This document shows, piece by piece, positions 43,691 to 57,969 of a stretch of DNA of 64,000 nt; position 1 is the stretch's first letter, and each line of letters opens with the position of its first letter. The notes beneath the pieces are model-generated. The model saw only the letters and a list, made by a program, of their open reading frames with translations, did not search any database and was not told where the DNA came from. A program made the translations under genes and the position numbers. The DNA is from the human T2T-CHM13v2.0 reference genome, Homo sapiens. Location: the NCBI RefSeq assembly GCF_009914755.1, contig NC_060936.1, one strand, 5' to 3'.

Positions 43691-46600
43691 ATATTTGTCT
43701 CAGAGTTCACCGAGCAACTCGTATAGAAAGTGTCCCTTGGCTCAGATTCAGAAACAAGAATTCTATTATACGTTGCGCTAAAATCTTTCTATCAGAAAAT
43801 AAATAAGACTCAAGCAGAGACACATCTCACATCATATCCTGACACAATTTAAAATAAGCTTTTTCCCCCTTTATGCTGCCAAATACTAAGGTAAGTTAAA
43901 AGCCACAGAGAAAAACAAAATATTCCGTATTTGGGGCAACTTCCATGGGGTGGTTTCCCAGCAAACTTGCAGAATGAGAATGCCCTCCTTCCTCCCAAAT
44001 ATTCCCATATCACCCAAAATCTATCCTGAGACAATCCTAGAAATGCTAACAATTTGAAAATGAAAGCTTTCATGGAGAAGATTTTCTATCCTTTCTCTTA
44101 TACACAATAATAAAACAACTGAAGATGATAAAGAGCATTTGTCTTTCAGTGAATATGGGAAATGTCAGAAAGTGGCCGCAATTTTACTCATAATATATCT
44201 AAATTTAAAAGAAAAGATTTGCATATAGGTAAATATTATTAAACAAAGGTGCCATATTTCTTTAGAAGCATTTTATTCCTAGTTCCTTCAATAAGCCTTT
44301 GACCAAAGTCTGCCCTTGAAAACACACAGAAGACTTCCACTAAAGTCAAACATTATGCATACACATTTCTAGGACCAAATTTGGCCTGATGCTTAATTAG
44401 TGTCTGGCTGTGATTACATCTGTAGTGTTGAATTTTCAAATCTAAATTTTCAGTGTTGCAACAAAACTTTGTCAAATTTCTTTAATTTCTGCAGGGGAAA
44501 ACAACATCAAGAGTAGTTTGATATTTTAGACTGAAAAAAATGTTTTTCCTTAGTTTGCAACAAATATCTCTCAAGTTCAAAAAAGAAGACAAGTCATTTA
44601 AATAGTGAAATTCTGTAAATAAATAAGCATTGGCCTCTTGAGTTTGACTTTTGGATGCTGAGAAACTTTCAAATAATATTGTTCTGGGCAATGGGTACTG
44701 CTGTTTTTTCTCTCTCTTATCTGAGGAACGAAGGGCATTTTCCCCTTTTTTTCTTCTCTTTTTTGTTTCTCTCTGTGTTTTTTCCTTCTATTTCATTAAT
44801 CATTCACAAGTAGCTAGCTAGTAAGTATGATTCAACTCTTGTGAGACAAATAAACCCATACTTCCCTGTGCCTTACTGCCCCAATTTTCCACTGTTTATC
44901 TCACACATCAGTTACTAAGCTGGGTAGAAAATTGTCTCTCTTAGGAGGGGTGTTCATTACTATTAAAGGGCGTTTATTTATATATATTTCACTAGGGTTT
45001 GTCATTTCTTTTTGTATCTTCAGTTGCAAAAACTTACTTCATACTGAGTTTCAACTTGAGGAAAAGTTAAAAATCTATGCTGTGAAACTTTTTTGAGTAT
45101 TGCTTTCAGCTTTACAGCCGTATTCTCCAAGGATCAATGTAGTCACTATTTGCAAGATCAAATGGCTTGACTATAATGTACATTACATATAAAATACTTT
45201 ATCTGAAGTGCCCCAACTGATGGAGGCTGGCACTTTCATATAAATGGCCTTTGAAAATAAAAATTTGGAACTAGCATGTATTCTGTTAGTCTAACCTCAA
45301 ATTCATTTTTCAGTCGACAACAGCTGGGCACAATTTAAGTTGATTACGGTTAGCTATCGTCTATTTTATATTTTTAAGCATCAATTCTAGTTAGTTGGCA
45401 TGAAGTGTTTCAATGATATTTGATGTTCAAATAGTGTTCTTAAAAATTCTCATCACCTCAAGGCTACCTGCATAGCCCAAGGCAGTATCCTCACAATGCT
45501 ACAGAAGCTGACAGGAAAGTGAAAAATTCTTTCAACTGGTTGTTACTGATCTCAAAGTAAGGCTATGTTCTTCAGCACTCCTGTATCCATTTTATTTCTT
45601 AGAACATTTTTTGGTCAATTACATATTTCTTAGGAACTGAAGTTAACTCCTTTTACATACAAGTATCTATAGGGTCTGGGTAGCTTGATATCAACCATGG
45701 GCATTTAGGAGACTGTCCTTTTGTTGGGCGAATCTTAGACTTTACTAAGAGTCCGACTAAAAAGCAGCCCCATAAAGTTAAGAAAATGGAAAAAAATACT
45801 GTATTCAGTTACCTGTTCTGAATAATCCAAGGTTATAAGACATTTCTAATTTCCTGGGGTCCCAGGTCACATTATGTAGTTAAAATATTATGTGGTTAAA
45901 ATGAATTGCTACGTAGATAAAATGTATTATTTGTAAATATTGTAACTTATTGCCAATGAAGATAAATTTTTTCTGTAATGTAATATTGACTTTTATAACA
46001 GCAAGAAAATCTTTCCAATAGTCTATAATTGATGATGTAGACTTCATGTGACATGATCAAGAGTTATAACTTAACATATATTATTTCTAAGTTAATATGA
46101 TTGATAATCTGTATGTCTGAATTCTGTTATACAGAAGAACCAGGAAAAAATAATTACTTCCATTAGAAGCCTCCAAAATCTTTTTATAGACTATAATCAG
46201 TGATATGATTTACTCTTGAAGTGCTACCCTAAGACAAGGAACTTTGATAAAAATTCTATTCTTCATTGTAATGGATGATGCTACTGACCCATCGCCAATA
46301 ACTGCTTTCTATCATCTTATTCGCTGAATTATCCACACTCTGTCTCTTACTTTCACTAAGAACAAAGCACTTGCTTTGCAAATAAGGAAAGTGATATGCA
46401 CACACGTGTGCACACACATGCACACAGACACACGCGTAAATGTGTTTCAAATATCTTGTGCAGTTAATATATTTCAAGTTTTTAAAATCAAGGAAAGCAA
46501 GGAAACATGATTCTTAATGAAATAAGAATAGAAATATTAAAATATTACAGCAGACATTTAGAAATGCTTCTGTTTGTAACTGAATCAAATCTAGATGTTC

Positions 46601-47010
46601 ATTTAGAGGCATTTAGAAATATTAAGATTATATGACACCTGACAAGTCAAAATCAGTATTTTCTTGACTTTCTTCATTCTTTCAAAGCAAATTTAGAACC
46701 TGGATATATCTCCAGGAATGAGATTCATTGTTTAACTTATTTCTTTAAGATGTAGTTATCTTCACACATATAGTTTTTAAAAGTCTTAATATTTCTTTTG
46801 AAATCTGAAAAAAAATCTTAATATTGGGGAGCAGGTTGTGTGCATTTAAGGCAAATTCAGTTCAGTTACAGATGGGCTGTCCATTTTTTAGCAGTGCTAA
46901 TTTCTGCTTCTAGATCTTGAAAATTCATTAACATCAATAAGAATTTATCAAGTGCGTATTATGTGTCATGCACCTGTAAAGAAGGGGCTTCAATGTTTTA
47001 AAAATATTTA

Positions 47011-47562
<552 letters not shown>

Positions 47563-48109
47563 CTACCTGAAGGATGTACTTAGAGACATCCAACTTATAC
47601 CGGATTGTCAAATTTTTAACTAGTTTACAATGCACAACTAATCCATATAAAACAATATTGTTTGAAGGTAGAATTAAATTTATCTTTAAGACATTTGTTC
47701 CTCTCATACTGTTCTATTACATATTGCTGTTCCTAAGCTATACTAGTGTTATTATTTCTCCAAATGTATCCAGTCTAACAGACTTATACAGGAATTAATG
47801 CTACTTGGTTTATCCAAATCATTGCAGGCAGTCTTTGAGTGAGTAAATATAGTTATATGGTAGAATTGCATGCATAATAGAAAAAGTAGCTTTTACCCCC
47901 CAAAAAAATCCAAAAGAAGGTGAATAAGTTTTGTTATCTGTGGAAAAGGTATCCCCAATTTTGACTTTATAGCTCTTTCCTGATTTTAAAATATATTAAC
48001 AGCAGGAAAAGACCTTGAAATAATAATATACTTAGATAAAACAAAATAAACCAGAAAGCTACTTAATACGTCACTTGCTTCTTTTTATTAGTATATCAGC
48101 ACAATATTT

Positions 48110-49255
48110 TTCTTTTAAGTTTTATTTAGGTATACTTTACATAAAAGAATTTACCCATTTTATTTTCTTTTTTTTTCTTTTCTTTTTTTTTTATTATACT
48201 TTAAGTTTTAGGGTACATGTGCACATTGTGCAGGTTAGTTACATATGTATACATGTGCCGTGCTGGTGCGCTGCACCCACTAACTCGTCATCTAGCATTA
48301 GATATATCTCCCAATGCTATCCCTCCCCCCTCCCCCCACCCCGCCACAGTCCCCAGAGTGTGATATTCCCCTTCCTGTGTCCATGTGATCTCATTATTCA
48401 ATTCCCACCTATGAGTGAGAATATGCGGTGTTTGGTTTTTTGTTCTTGCGATAGTTTACTGAGAATGATGATTTCCAATTTCATCCATGTCCCTACAAAG
48501 GACATGAACTCATCATTTTTTATGGCTGCATAGTATTCCATGGTGTATATGTTCCACATTTTCTTAATCCAGTCTATCATTGTTGGACATTTGGGTTGGT
48601 TCCAAGTCTTTGCTATTGTGAATAATGCCACAATAAACATACGTGTGCATGTGTCTTTATAGCAGCATGATTTATAGTCCTTTGGGTATATACCCAGTAA
48701 TGGGATGGCTGGGTCAAATGGTATTTCTAGTTCTAGATCCCTGAGGAATCGCCACACTGACTTCCACAATGGTTGAACTAGTTTACAGTCCCACCAACAG
48801 TGTAAAAGTTTTCCTGTTTCTCCACATCCTCTCCAGCACCTGTTGTTTCCTGACTTTGTAATGATTGCCATTCTAACTGGTGTGAGATGGTATCTCATAG
48901 TGGTTTTGATTTGCATTTCTCTGATGGCCAGTGATGATGAGCATTTTTTCATGTGTTTTTGGCTGCATAAATGTCTTCTTTTGAGAAGTGTCTGTTCATG
49001 TCCTTCGCCCACTTTTTGATGGGGTTGTTTGTTTTTTTCTTGTAAATTTGTTTGAGTTCATTGTAGATTCTGGAATTTTCGCAACCTACTCATCTGACAA
49101 AGGGCTAATATCCAGAATTTACCCATTTTAAGTGTACAATTTTTAGTAAACTTACAGGAATTGTGCAACCAGCATCATAATCCAATTTTAGACCATTTTC
49201 ATTACCCCAAAAAATATCCCTGATGCTGATTTGCAGCCATATCCTGTTCTCATTT
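48110..49255 (-). mobile_element. L1MB-type 3' end, split by the L1PA2 insertion
   Basis: Rejoined flanks read tttatttaggtatactttacataaaagaatttacccattttaagtgtacaat...ttgtgcaacc...cattttcattacccc. Confidence 0.7.
48163..49113 (-). mobile_element. 5'-truncated L1PA2 with 5' inversion
   Basis: 3'UTR cacccactaactcgtcatctagc (GAG, not the L1HS ACA/ACG); TSD agaatttacccatttta at 48146-48162 and 49114-49130; inverted piece 49075-49118. Confidence 0.95.
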
Positions 49256-49394
49256 GGCATTACTTTTTATCCTAAAAAATAATAAAATATTATAGGCAAT
49301 ATCCAACTTACTGACGTTGTTCTAAAATTCAATTTATACTCACATATTTGAAACTTGACATGCCAAAAAGAACTCATATATTTTTGGGGGAATG

Positions 49395-49767
49395 GTGTTA
49401 TTTAGAGTACAGTCCAAACACCTGTAACAAAATGATTCAAAGCAAAATGTCTTAATTAAGATAAAAATTTTATTTCTCTCTAGTGTAAGAGGTAAGGAGT
49501 CTGTTCTGCTGGGGAGTTCTGCTATCTTCCACACATGGTTTCCATCTTCTAATTTAAAGGTAAAGCTCCAGTTTCTTCATTTGCTGGCCAAAGAGGAGTG
49601 GGGAGGAGAGTCAGAGGATTGAAAGCTCATCTCCTAAGGGACAGGACTTGCACACATCATTTCTCCTAAGGAAATGTGGCAGAAATGGTGGTGTCCAACT
49701 AAAAGTAGAAAGTTCCGTTATGAGAGATGAGAAAATAGTCAATAATGAACAAATTGTTTCTTCCACA
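49395..49767 (-). mobile_element. MLT1J/K-like LTR
   Basis: ctgtaacaaaa...ttaagataaaaattttatttctctct...ttgcacacatcatttct...ttccaca. Confidence 0.5.
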
Positions 49768-50314
49768 GGTACCTGGGTTACATAAACTTTACAAATTTTA
49801 TTTTAAGGATTGATTTTCTAAATTAATCTTTGCCTTCTCCAGTGTCCCTCTCAGGCACTTAATAAAAATTATTTTAATTACATTTAAAAGTAAAAGCAGA
49901 CTAAAAAAAAGATATTTATGTGCATGTTATTTATTTAAGATATGAAAAAAAGCAGCCGGCATGTCTCAATGCTTTTATTGGGGTTTTTAAATTTAACTAT
50001 GAGTAGGAAAAACAAAAAAGTTTGATAAAGTCAACCACTGAGGGTCACACAAAGAGGTAAAATGCAAGGTAAGTTGAATCCCCAAAATCTCCATGTTAAC
50101 TACTAGATAGGCTTACCTGTTCATGAAATTGGGGACTTTTGCAAGTGGCTTTAAGATGAATTAAAAATATAGATTCACATTTATATATAAAGCATCGTTT
50201 CAAATCAGATATACAATTTGTTACAATACACAGCCTGTGCTGATAAAGATGGTTAGCTCCAAGCATTTTGGGGAAAAAATTACTCTAATTTTCAGATGAA
50301 AGTTGAGAAATGTT

Positions 50315-50556
50315 ATGTGTATATATTATATATATTTCATATCTATACATTTTAATGTGATATATAATATATAATGTGATATATAATATATAATGTGATA
50401 TATATAATATAATAATGTGATATATATAATATAATATATAATGTGACATATATTTTAATGTGATATATATCACCTTATATACTATATATCACATTTATAT
50501 GATGTGATACATAATATATATCACATTATATGTGATATATAATATATATATCATAT
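50315..50556. repeat. AT-rich minisatellite (~19-bp unit taatgtgatatataatata) in both orientations
   Basis: About six forward aatgtga units followed by atatcac/tcacatta inverted units. Confidence 0.85.
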
Positions 50557-50689
50557 AGCTTAAACTCATTTTAAAAATCAACCTTTACTAAAATATAAAG
50601 CATGACTGTCCCAAAGATATATTTATAATTTTTTTAGTTATCTGGTACTTAATAAACTTTTACTATGGAAAAAACACTATTCTATATCT

Positions 50690-52000
50690 GGATTGTAGAG
50701 CACTGAATAAAATAAAGTCCCTAATCTCAGGTATATCTATTTAAAAGGGAATAGGCAGAAAAGAAAAGCAAACAACAATTCAGAGGAGAGTCATGAAAGT
50801 ATGTCCAACATACCACATTATTTAGAGATAGGCAGGGAATTAAGATTCAGTGGTGTGATAGTGGGCTACCTTAGATTGGGTAGTCAAAGAGCTCCTCTCT
50901 GAGGAGATGATATTTAGTCTAAGATAAAGTTATGTGAAATTCAGGCAGAAGATTATTACAGGCAGAAGAAAGACTAATGAAAAGGTCCTGAGGGCAGAAC
51001 AAGCCTAATATACTCAAAGAGGAAGAAGACCAGTCTGCCTGAAGTATAGTTTTAGGAGGAAAAATATCTCAAGATGATACAAGATCTGGGTGTGGTATAG
51101 CTTTGTAAGGCAAGGATACTGTTAATTGTAAGGCAAGGTTTACTGTACACACAGAAGCTAACACGTTGAATGGTACTGAGCAAGACAATGAAATGTCTTA
51201 TTTTGTGTAAGATTGTTTTACCTTCTGTGTTAAATACCTGGGGGCAATGGGGTTTGGTAGCAAAGGGAAATCAAGGCTAATGATGCAGTCCTAGATGAGA
51301 AGTAACATTGACTTGGAGAAGGGCGGTACTTTGGGAGAAGAAAAAAACAATTGTGTCATCAGGCATGAAATATATTTTGGAGAGTTAAGTGAACAAACCT
51401 TGAAGATGGGATGGAGATTTGAGGGAGAGAAAATGAAGGAAAGAGAGGGATGAAGAATGATTGTACAATAATTTCGGTATTTTCATTAAACAATTGTGAA
51501 AAACACAAGGAACCAGTTTGCAAGTTAAGAATTAAAAGTTAATGGGAGCCAAGTAAAATTTGAGATAAATTTTAGTAGATATCTACATAAAAGTATTAGA
51601 GCAGGCCTTGATGTACAAGTCTGCTGTTCTAATGAGAAGTCAAGTCAAAAGGTATAGATTTGGAAGTCACTGGCCCGCAGATGCCACCACAGCCATGGAA
51701 CTTTAGGTTCTCGGAGAGTACGCATAGAGAGAGAAAAGGGTCCAATTCAGACAAAGCTTTTCGGGTTCCAACAGTTAGAAGACAACCAGAGGAAGAGGAT
51801 TTTACAAAGAAGATTACGTTAAAGCCTCCTATGCAGGTAGGAGAAAAGTTAAGAGGCTGCAGTTCCTGTCTGTGTTAAATGCTGCCAGAAAGGAAACACT
51901 GAATTTGACAACATGGAAGGAAGCCCGATGACTTCAGGGAAAGATTCTTGGAGGCAGCATTTGGATGGAAGCCTAACTGCAATGGGTTAAGGGCCATTTT
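50690..52000 (-). mobile_element. L2a fragment
   Basis: gtagtcaaagagctcctctctgaggagatgatattt...aaaggtcctgagg...gttaaatgctgccag...ggaagcctaactgcaatgggttaag. Confidence 0.75.
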
Positions 52001-54793
52001 TCATATAAAAAAACAGAAGCATTTTTTTTCCAGAATTGTTTTCTAGTAGATACAGTTGAAAGCTGAAATGGTAGCTATACTACCATGTTATGTTGGAGGA
52101 AGTGGCAAGAGAGTGACAACATCTGGTTGAAGAACCAGAATTCCAATTTATTCACTGATTTTCTTAACCTCCCAATCGTTGGATTTATAGGTAAAGGAAA
52201 TAATGCTTATGGACATTTCTCAAAATATGTTGGCATAAAGTTGTCACTACATAATTGAGAAAAAAAGGTATATAAGAAATGAATTTCTAATGAAAGTATG
52301 TAATTATCATCATTTTTAAACCAGAATACAGAATACCTATTATATATGATATATAATTTTTGAAAGGGAAAGTTTTACATAAATGGAGTCTCAAGATAAT
52401 ATAACAAGCAAAATAATCTTAACTTTTCTTAGTTTAATTCAGTTCAGCAAATAATTTTTAAATATCTGCCGTGTTATGAAAATCAAATTGGTGGTGTGAT
52501 AGAGAAGGTAAAAACAAAACAACAACAGCAAAACAAAACCAAACAAGCTAAGTCTACTTAAAAACTTTTTGTAGGGAAAGATAAATGCAAAAATGTGATG
52601 TTGTTTAAGAGTAAAAAGAGATTTGAAAATATAAATTATATGGGGGATGAAGGTATCAGAATATCTTCAAAAAGCTGAGTTTTGGAAATAAAATATGTCT
52701 CCATGAAGATCTGGAGAAAGACCCAGAAGTAGGTCACATACATAGATATGGATGTAAAAAGCATATGGTACTCTTGAGAAACTGTAAGCAGCTTGATATC
52801 GCATGCATATTGAAGTGTGAGTTCAAGTTCAAATACAGTTAGGAGCCAGTATCCCATATCTGAGCATTAACCAAAGAAAAGAAAGAAAAAGCTAAATATC
52901 TCGAAGCTTTCCAAATTTTGTCCAAACAAATTTTAGAATACAAATATTAATAGAAGTCATATTATAATCCTTAAAGAATTAATCAGGTCAAGAATGACAC
53001 AGACCCTTCTAGTGCTTTCCTGTCTCCTGTTCTGAAGTCACCAACCACAAGATATTCAGCCAGCCAGCCAGCCATGCTACAAACATTAAAAAGTTTATTC
53101 TTATGATACTCCAGGACAAAGTGCAATCTGTTTTCAGACAAATTCAATTTTAATGTTATTGATTATTGTTTCATAAATGTTTTTGCTCAGTTTCTCCGCC
53201 TCTTAAAGGAGAATCACCCATTATGTGACAGAATTTCCTAAACATTGGTCATTAAAGTATTTATTAAAAAATCACATTTGCTCTTCTTCATAGTCAATAG
53301 GAAGTTCCTTGAGAGAAAACCATAACTTCGATTTTGAGTATTTAAGCCATCCTTACTCCCAGGCCCATGTGTAGCAAACACAAAATAAATAGTCTTTTAC
53401 AAATAACACTAGGACATATCATGTTACAATGGTTATCTGAGCCACAAAATGATACTTTAATAATAATAATTACAATATATTATACATAATGTATATACAT
53501 ACACAGAGTAAATTAAGTTATACATAATTTATATGATATACATGTATGCATATATATAATCTCAAAAAGTACCTGTTAATCCCTCTGCTGTCAGGGTAGC
53601 TAGATACCTGATCTTTATTGCTTCAGATTTCTTAAGTATGAGTCAGACACTGTCCACTGTGCCTATCAAGCTACAGGAGACTCGTTAAGCTAAGTAGTCT
53701 TCTTAAAGTTTCAGTGCAACTGTAGAGTAAGAAGCACCATCCTCCATCTCACAGACAGCATTCTCTAAAGAAATCCCTGTCTAATCAAAACCCTGCCAGT
53801 TTTATGCCCTTATTGTGAGCAAGGAGCTAAGAGTTAGAAATCCATTTCTCTAAACTGCCTTTTGCATGATTGTCTCTCACCTCACTTTAGAATGTTGACA
53901 TCAATCATCTTGTGGCCTCAGCAGAAACTGAGGCTAAGATAAATTTATTTTAACATATGGTGACTCATATTTTATTCTTTATCTTCATTTTTTTCTTCAT
54001 TCAACTGAAGTTTAGATGATTACTTTGATCAGATTCTGTTTGAAACCCTAAAGGAAATTTTATGAACTTTGCATTTTCTTTTTAAAATTATTGATAAGAA
54101 GGTTTTAAAAAAACTACTTTGTGCTTTACAGTAAGATAAATTAAAAACAGTTTTAAATTTCACCTCACTCTTTTGACTTGCAGGCCTCAAAACAATGTGA
54201 ATTAATTGAGGTTTTATTATGCCTAATAGTAGAGATAAATGGCACAATGAGCTTTCCTTTTAAATGCAAATCAAATAATCGTAGTTTAAGAATTTTATAT
54301 CCATAAAAGATCATAGAGCCTACATTAACCACTTAACTTTAAGAAAAAACCTTACGATCTTTAAATTACTTGTTAAACGTTATAAAACTGATTAATATTA
54401 AAATCTATTTACTTACAAAACTCTCTCCATTCCATCATGGTATTCAATATTTGTACAAAACTACAAATGAACCTCAGTAATCATTAAAAAGTGCCAAATG
54501 TTTGCATTAACATGCCTGCTTTTCTAGATGGACCATTTAAGAACAAGTAATATTCAAGTACCTCAAAAATATCAGTAATTATACTTCATGACAAACAATT
54601 GTAATCTCAATTTACAGATGTTTGCTGAGGTAGGTTATCCATTAATTAATGCCCTTCCTATTTTTGGATATGCATACTACATTATTTGTCTCTGTAGGAT
54701 AAAATTCCCTCTCACTTTCCCAAATTGTTTCTTTTCTACTAGTAGAGTGAATAGATGTCATTATTAGTGTTGATGAATTTCGAACAGTGTCTC

Positions 54794-55223
54794 GATGGGA
54801 ATTTCCATCATGATTTGCCTGGCCTCTCTGACTCCCTTAGACCCATGCATTCACTCCAGGGCAAGAGAGGAGAAATGAGAAAACACAGGATCAGGTCTGC
54901 CACTGTGTTTCCATTAACCTGAGTGGTCCCTTCACAACCTCGGAAGTGCAGAGACTGAATAATGGCCCAAGTGGGGCACGACAGATCGATTTCATAATTT
55001 TTACACACTGTTTCTCCTCAGTTCTAACTGGCTATTGATTGGACGAGCTGGAGATGGGTAGTGCCTCCGGGACCTTAGAAGTACTCAAAGGAAATTCTCT
55101 CCCTCCTCTCAGCAACAACTCCAGGCTCTTGTAACCATTCACTTTACAGAGGAAAGTAAGAAAAAACTCAACAATGAAGTCATCTCAAAAGAAACTAATT
55201 TCTTCCTGCAATGCGAAAGTGAA
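54794..55223. promoter_or_regulatory. Candidate inducible enhancer/promoter (NF-kB, ETS, CCAAT, IRF motifs)
   Basis: GGGAATTTCC 54797, CGGAAGTG 54941, ATTGG 55038, GAAAGTGAA 55215; locally more GC/CpG than flanks. Confidence 0.4.
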
Positions 55224-56133
55224 CTCACTTTAATACATTACTATTTAGCTTTCAGATGATTCCAATCATATATTTAAACTAAAGAAAGCAAGCAGTATTC
55301 ACATAGGTGAAAAATGTTTTAAAGTGAGTAGGGCTTTCATAATATCATTTGATCTAATCTCTTTACCTAATAGATGTGAAAATTGAAGCCCAGAGTTTTT
55401 AATTCATTTACCCCAAGACTTGGGGTAACTTGGAATAAACTTGGTTTCCTAATCTTCTTTCTAGTGGCCTCTATTCTCGGAAATGTTTTCTTATTTCTAA
55501 CAGAGAACCACAGAGAGACAGTCTCTATTCTTGCTTTGGATCTGTGAAAGTCATAACACCTAAAATTAATGTAGGCACCAATTCCCAGTGACATCTGATG
55601 AATGTCAGACTGGAAAAATGAAAAGAATGCAGGGCTTTTGACACTATGGAACCAATGTACCAATATGGAAGCTTGCCCTACATCTGGAATTTCTGCTTTC
55701 AAAGATCAGAAACTTCTATAAGGTTTAAGAGAGTTGAGGTCAAGATTTCTTTTCTTTTCAGCTTAAATAAGACTCACTAAAAAGTTCTTCTTCTCAATCT
55801 TCTCCCTTCCTGATTTCTTCCAATGCAGGAGCCATCTAGGCTTCTGCAAGGAATGGAAACCACTGTGTGTTTCTTAAGGGCAAAAAAAAAAAAAAAAAAT
55901 ACATGCACTATACTAGTTCAAGAAATTAAAACCAGTTGTGAGGATAGCATGTTCACCTAATATCTACTGCTGAAGTAGAGGGGAAGAGATCCAGAAAAAA
56001 TAGCACAAGAAATTCTTCAGGGATGAGATTCTTCTAGGATGAAAGCCCCGGAGACATTCATTCCGTGGGATTACCAGTTTACAACACAAAGTCATAAGAG
56101 GGTCATTAGACTTCTAATAAGTTCTTCTAGGTC

Positions 56134-56344
56134 ACTAGTTCTCAACAAGAGTTAATTTTGTTGCCTGGAAATTTGCCCTGCCAAGGGAAAATATTTAGAT
56201 ATGTTTTTAATTGACCCAACTTGAGTGAGGTGCTACTGACAACTAATGGGTAGAGGACAGGGATGCTATAAACACAAGAATGCCCCCACAACGAAGAAAT
56301 TATACAGCCAGACATACTAATAATTCTCAGAATAAGAAATGCTG
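56134..56344 (+). mobile_element. MER20 (hAT-Charlie MITE)
   Basis: gttctcaac...ggtgctactgacaactaatgggtagaggacagggatgct...cccccacaacgaagaaattat. Confidence 0.8.
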
Positions 56345-56595
56345 TCTTAAGTTGCTTCCTACTTACATGAATTTTTAGCAACCCTATTATTTTCAAATAA
56401 TACCTTGTATTCTGCCCAACAAATTTTTAATTCAGATAAAAAATGGTTTGAGCAAAGGGTTTTGTTTTTTAATATTACATGAAAGTGCCAGATTTTTAAC
56501 TTTTAATTTTCTGACATCACAGAGTAGATCATAAGACTGTCAGAAGCCTTCGGAAAAGGTCCCTGAGGGACTGAAGGCCACCATTAGAACTTGGA

Positions 56596-56768
56596 ACATA
56601 TGCCTATAGTCCAAGCTACTTAGAAGTCTGAGATACGAGGAACATTTGAGTCCAGGAGTTCAAGATTGCAGTAGGCTGCGATCACACCACCACTGTACTC
56701 CAGCCTGGGCAACCAAGCAAGATTCTATCTCCGAAAAACAAAACAAAACAACAATAACAACAACAAAA
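56596..56768 (+). mobile_element. Old Alu monomer (FRAM/AluJ right arm)
   Basis: tgcctatagtccaagctact...cactgtactccagcctgggc and (CAAAA)/(CAA) tail. Confidence 0.8.
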
Positions 56769-56849
56769 CTTCGGGGCAGTGGTTTGCCTCTTTGGTATTT
56801 AATTATTTTTTAATAATGCAGTTTTTTGGTAAATGAGAATATTATAATT

Positions 56850-57095
56850 CCTTGCTTTCTTGGCAAATTGATGGACCATGTGACTAGTTCTTTCCAGTTG
56901 GCTATGGACAGATAGGGTGTAGCATTAAATTGCTGGTTGGAGGCTTCTCAACTTTCTCTTTGTCCTGGTGCCCTGACTGGCAACCTTCCGTATATCAGCG
57001 TTTTTAATTCCATACTGACTGTGACTTAAGCAAGTTTGTTTGTTATAATGATTCAAGCAACTAAAACATGAGTTGTGTGTTATTTCAGCCTAATC
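56850..57095 (+). mobile_element. MLT1-type LTR fragment
   Basis: gaccatgtgactagttct...aagcaactaaaacatgagttgtgtgttatttcagcctaa. Confidence 0.45.
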
Positions 57096-57969
57096 TAGAT
57101 TTTTATAACAAGTATGTTTATTAGAGCTTTAAAATGGGTCATTTTAAGTAAAAATTGCAACTCAGTTAAAAAGTGGGCAAGTTCATGTAAGTTAAAATCT
57201 AAAAAAAAAAAAACAAAACAAGAATAAGAAAAACTATGTATATTTAATTCCCTCTGGATATCAGGTAATTTGCCTGTTTTCATTGCACAGATTATTATTC
57301 ATTATTAATTATGCAACCAACCAAATGCTAGGCACTGGTGCAGTAGCATACTTCTAGGTGCGATAACTTTGATAAGCATTGCTTGCTAAAGCTCAAAGCT
57401 TTAAGTTCCACTGGATGAGACATTTTATCTGCTGTGTTCACTGTGATTAGCCTAGTATCTGCTAGCAGGGGTCAGCACACAGTAGGCTTTAATAAATCTT
57501 TGTTGACTGTAATAATCAATAAAGATTTCAACAATCTACCGTCAAGGAACCGTGAGCTGCTGGGGCTGAGAGAACGATTTTAGGCCAATCAGTATGTCAC
57601 TATCAACTGGATAAGAGAAAGGAATATGCATTTGGGTGGGTAGAGTAGTGTTAATAAATAAAGACTACTTCTTGAGTACATTTTCTTCTGAGAGTATGAA
57701 AAAAGCCTCAAGAGAATCACTCCTAAAACTGGGGATGTCTCTCGATAATTTGGGAATATTCACCATCTTATATCTGAAAATTTCTGAGCTACTGAGTAAA
57801 CAAGTACTTAATACTGCTGAGGCTGAGACAGGTATAGGAGGGAGAGAGTAGGCTTAAGCGAGGTATTTCAGGGCTGCAGCTCACTGTTGGAGCTATCATG
57901 GCAAGCTGATGCTTCAAAAGCTAGCTACCTACAACCCAAACATCACCATGTCACTCAATCCCCAAACAT

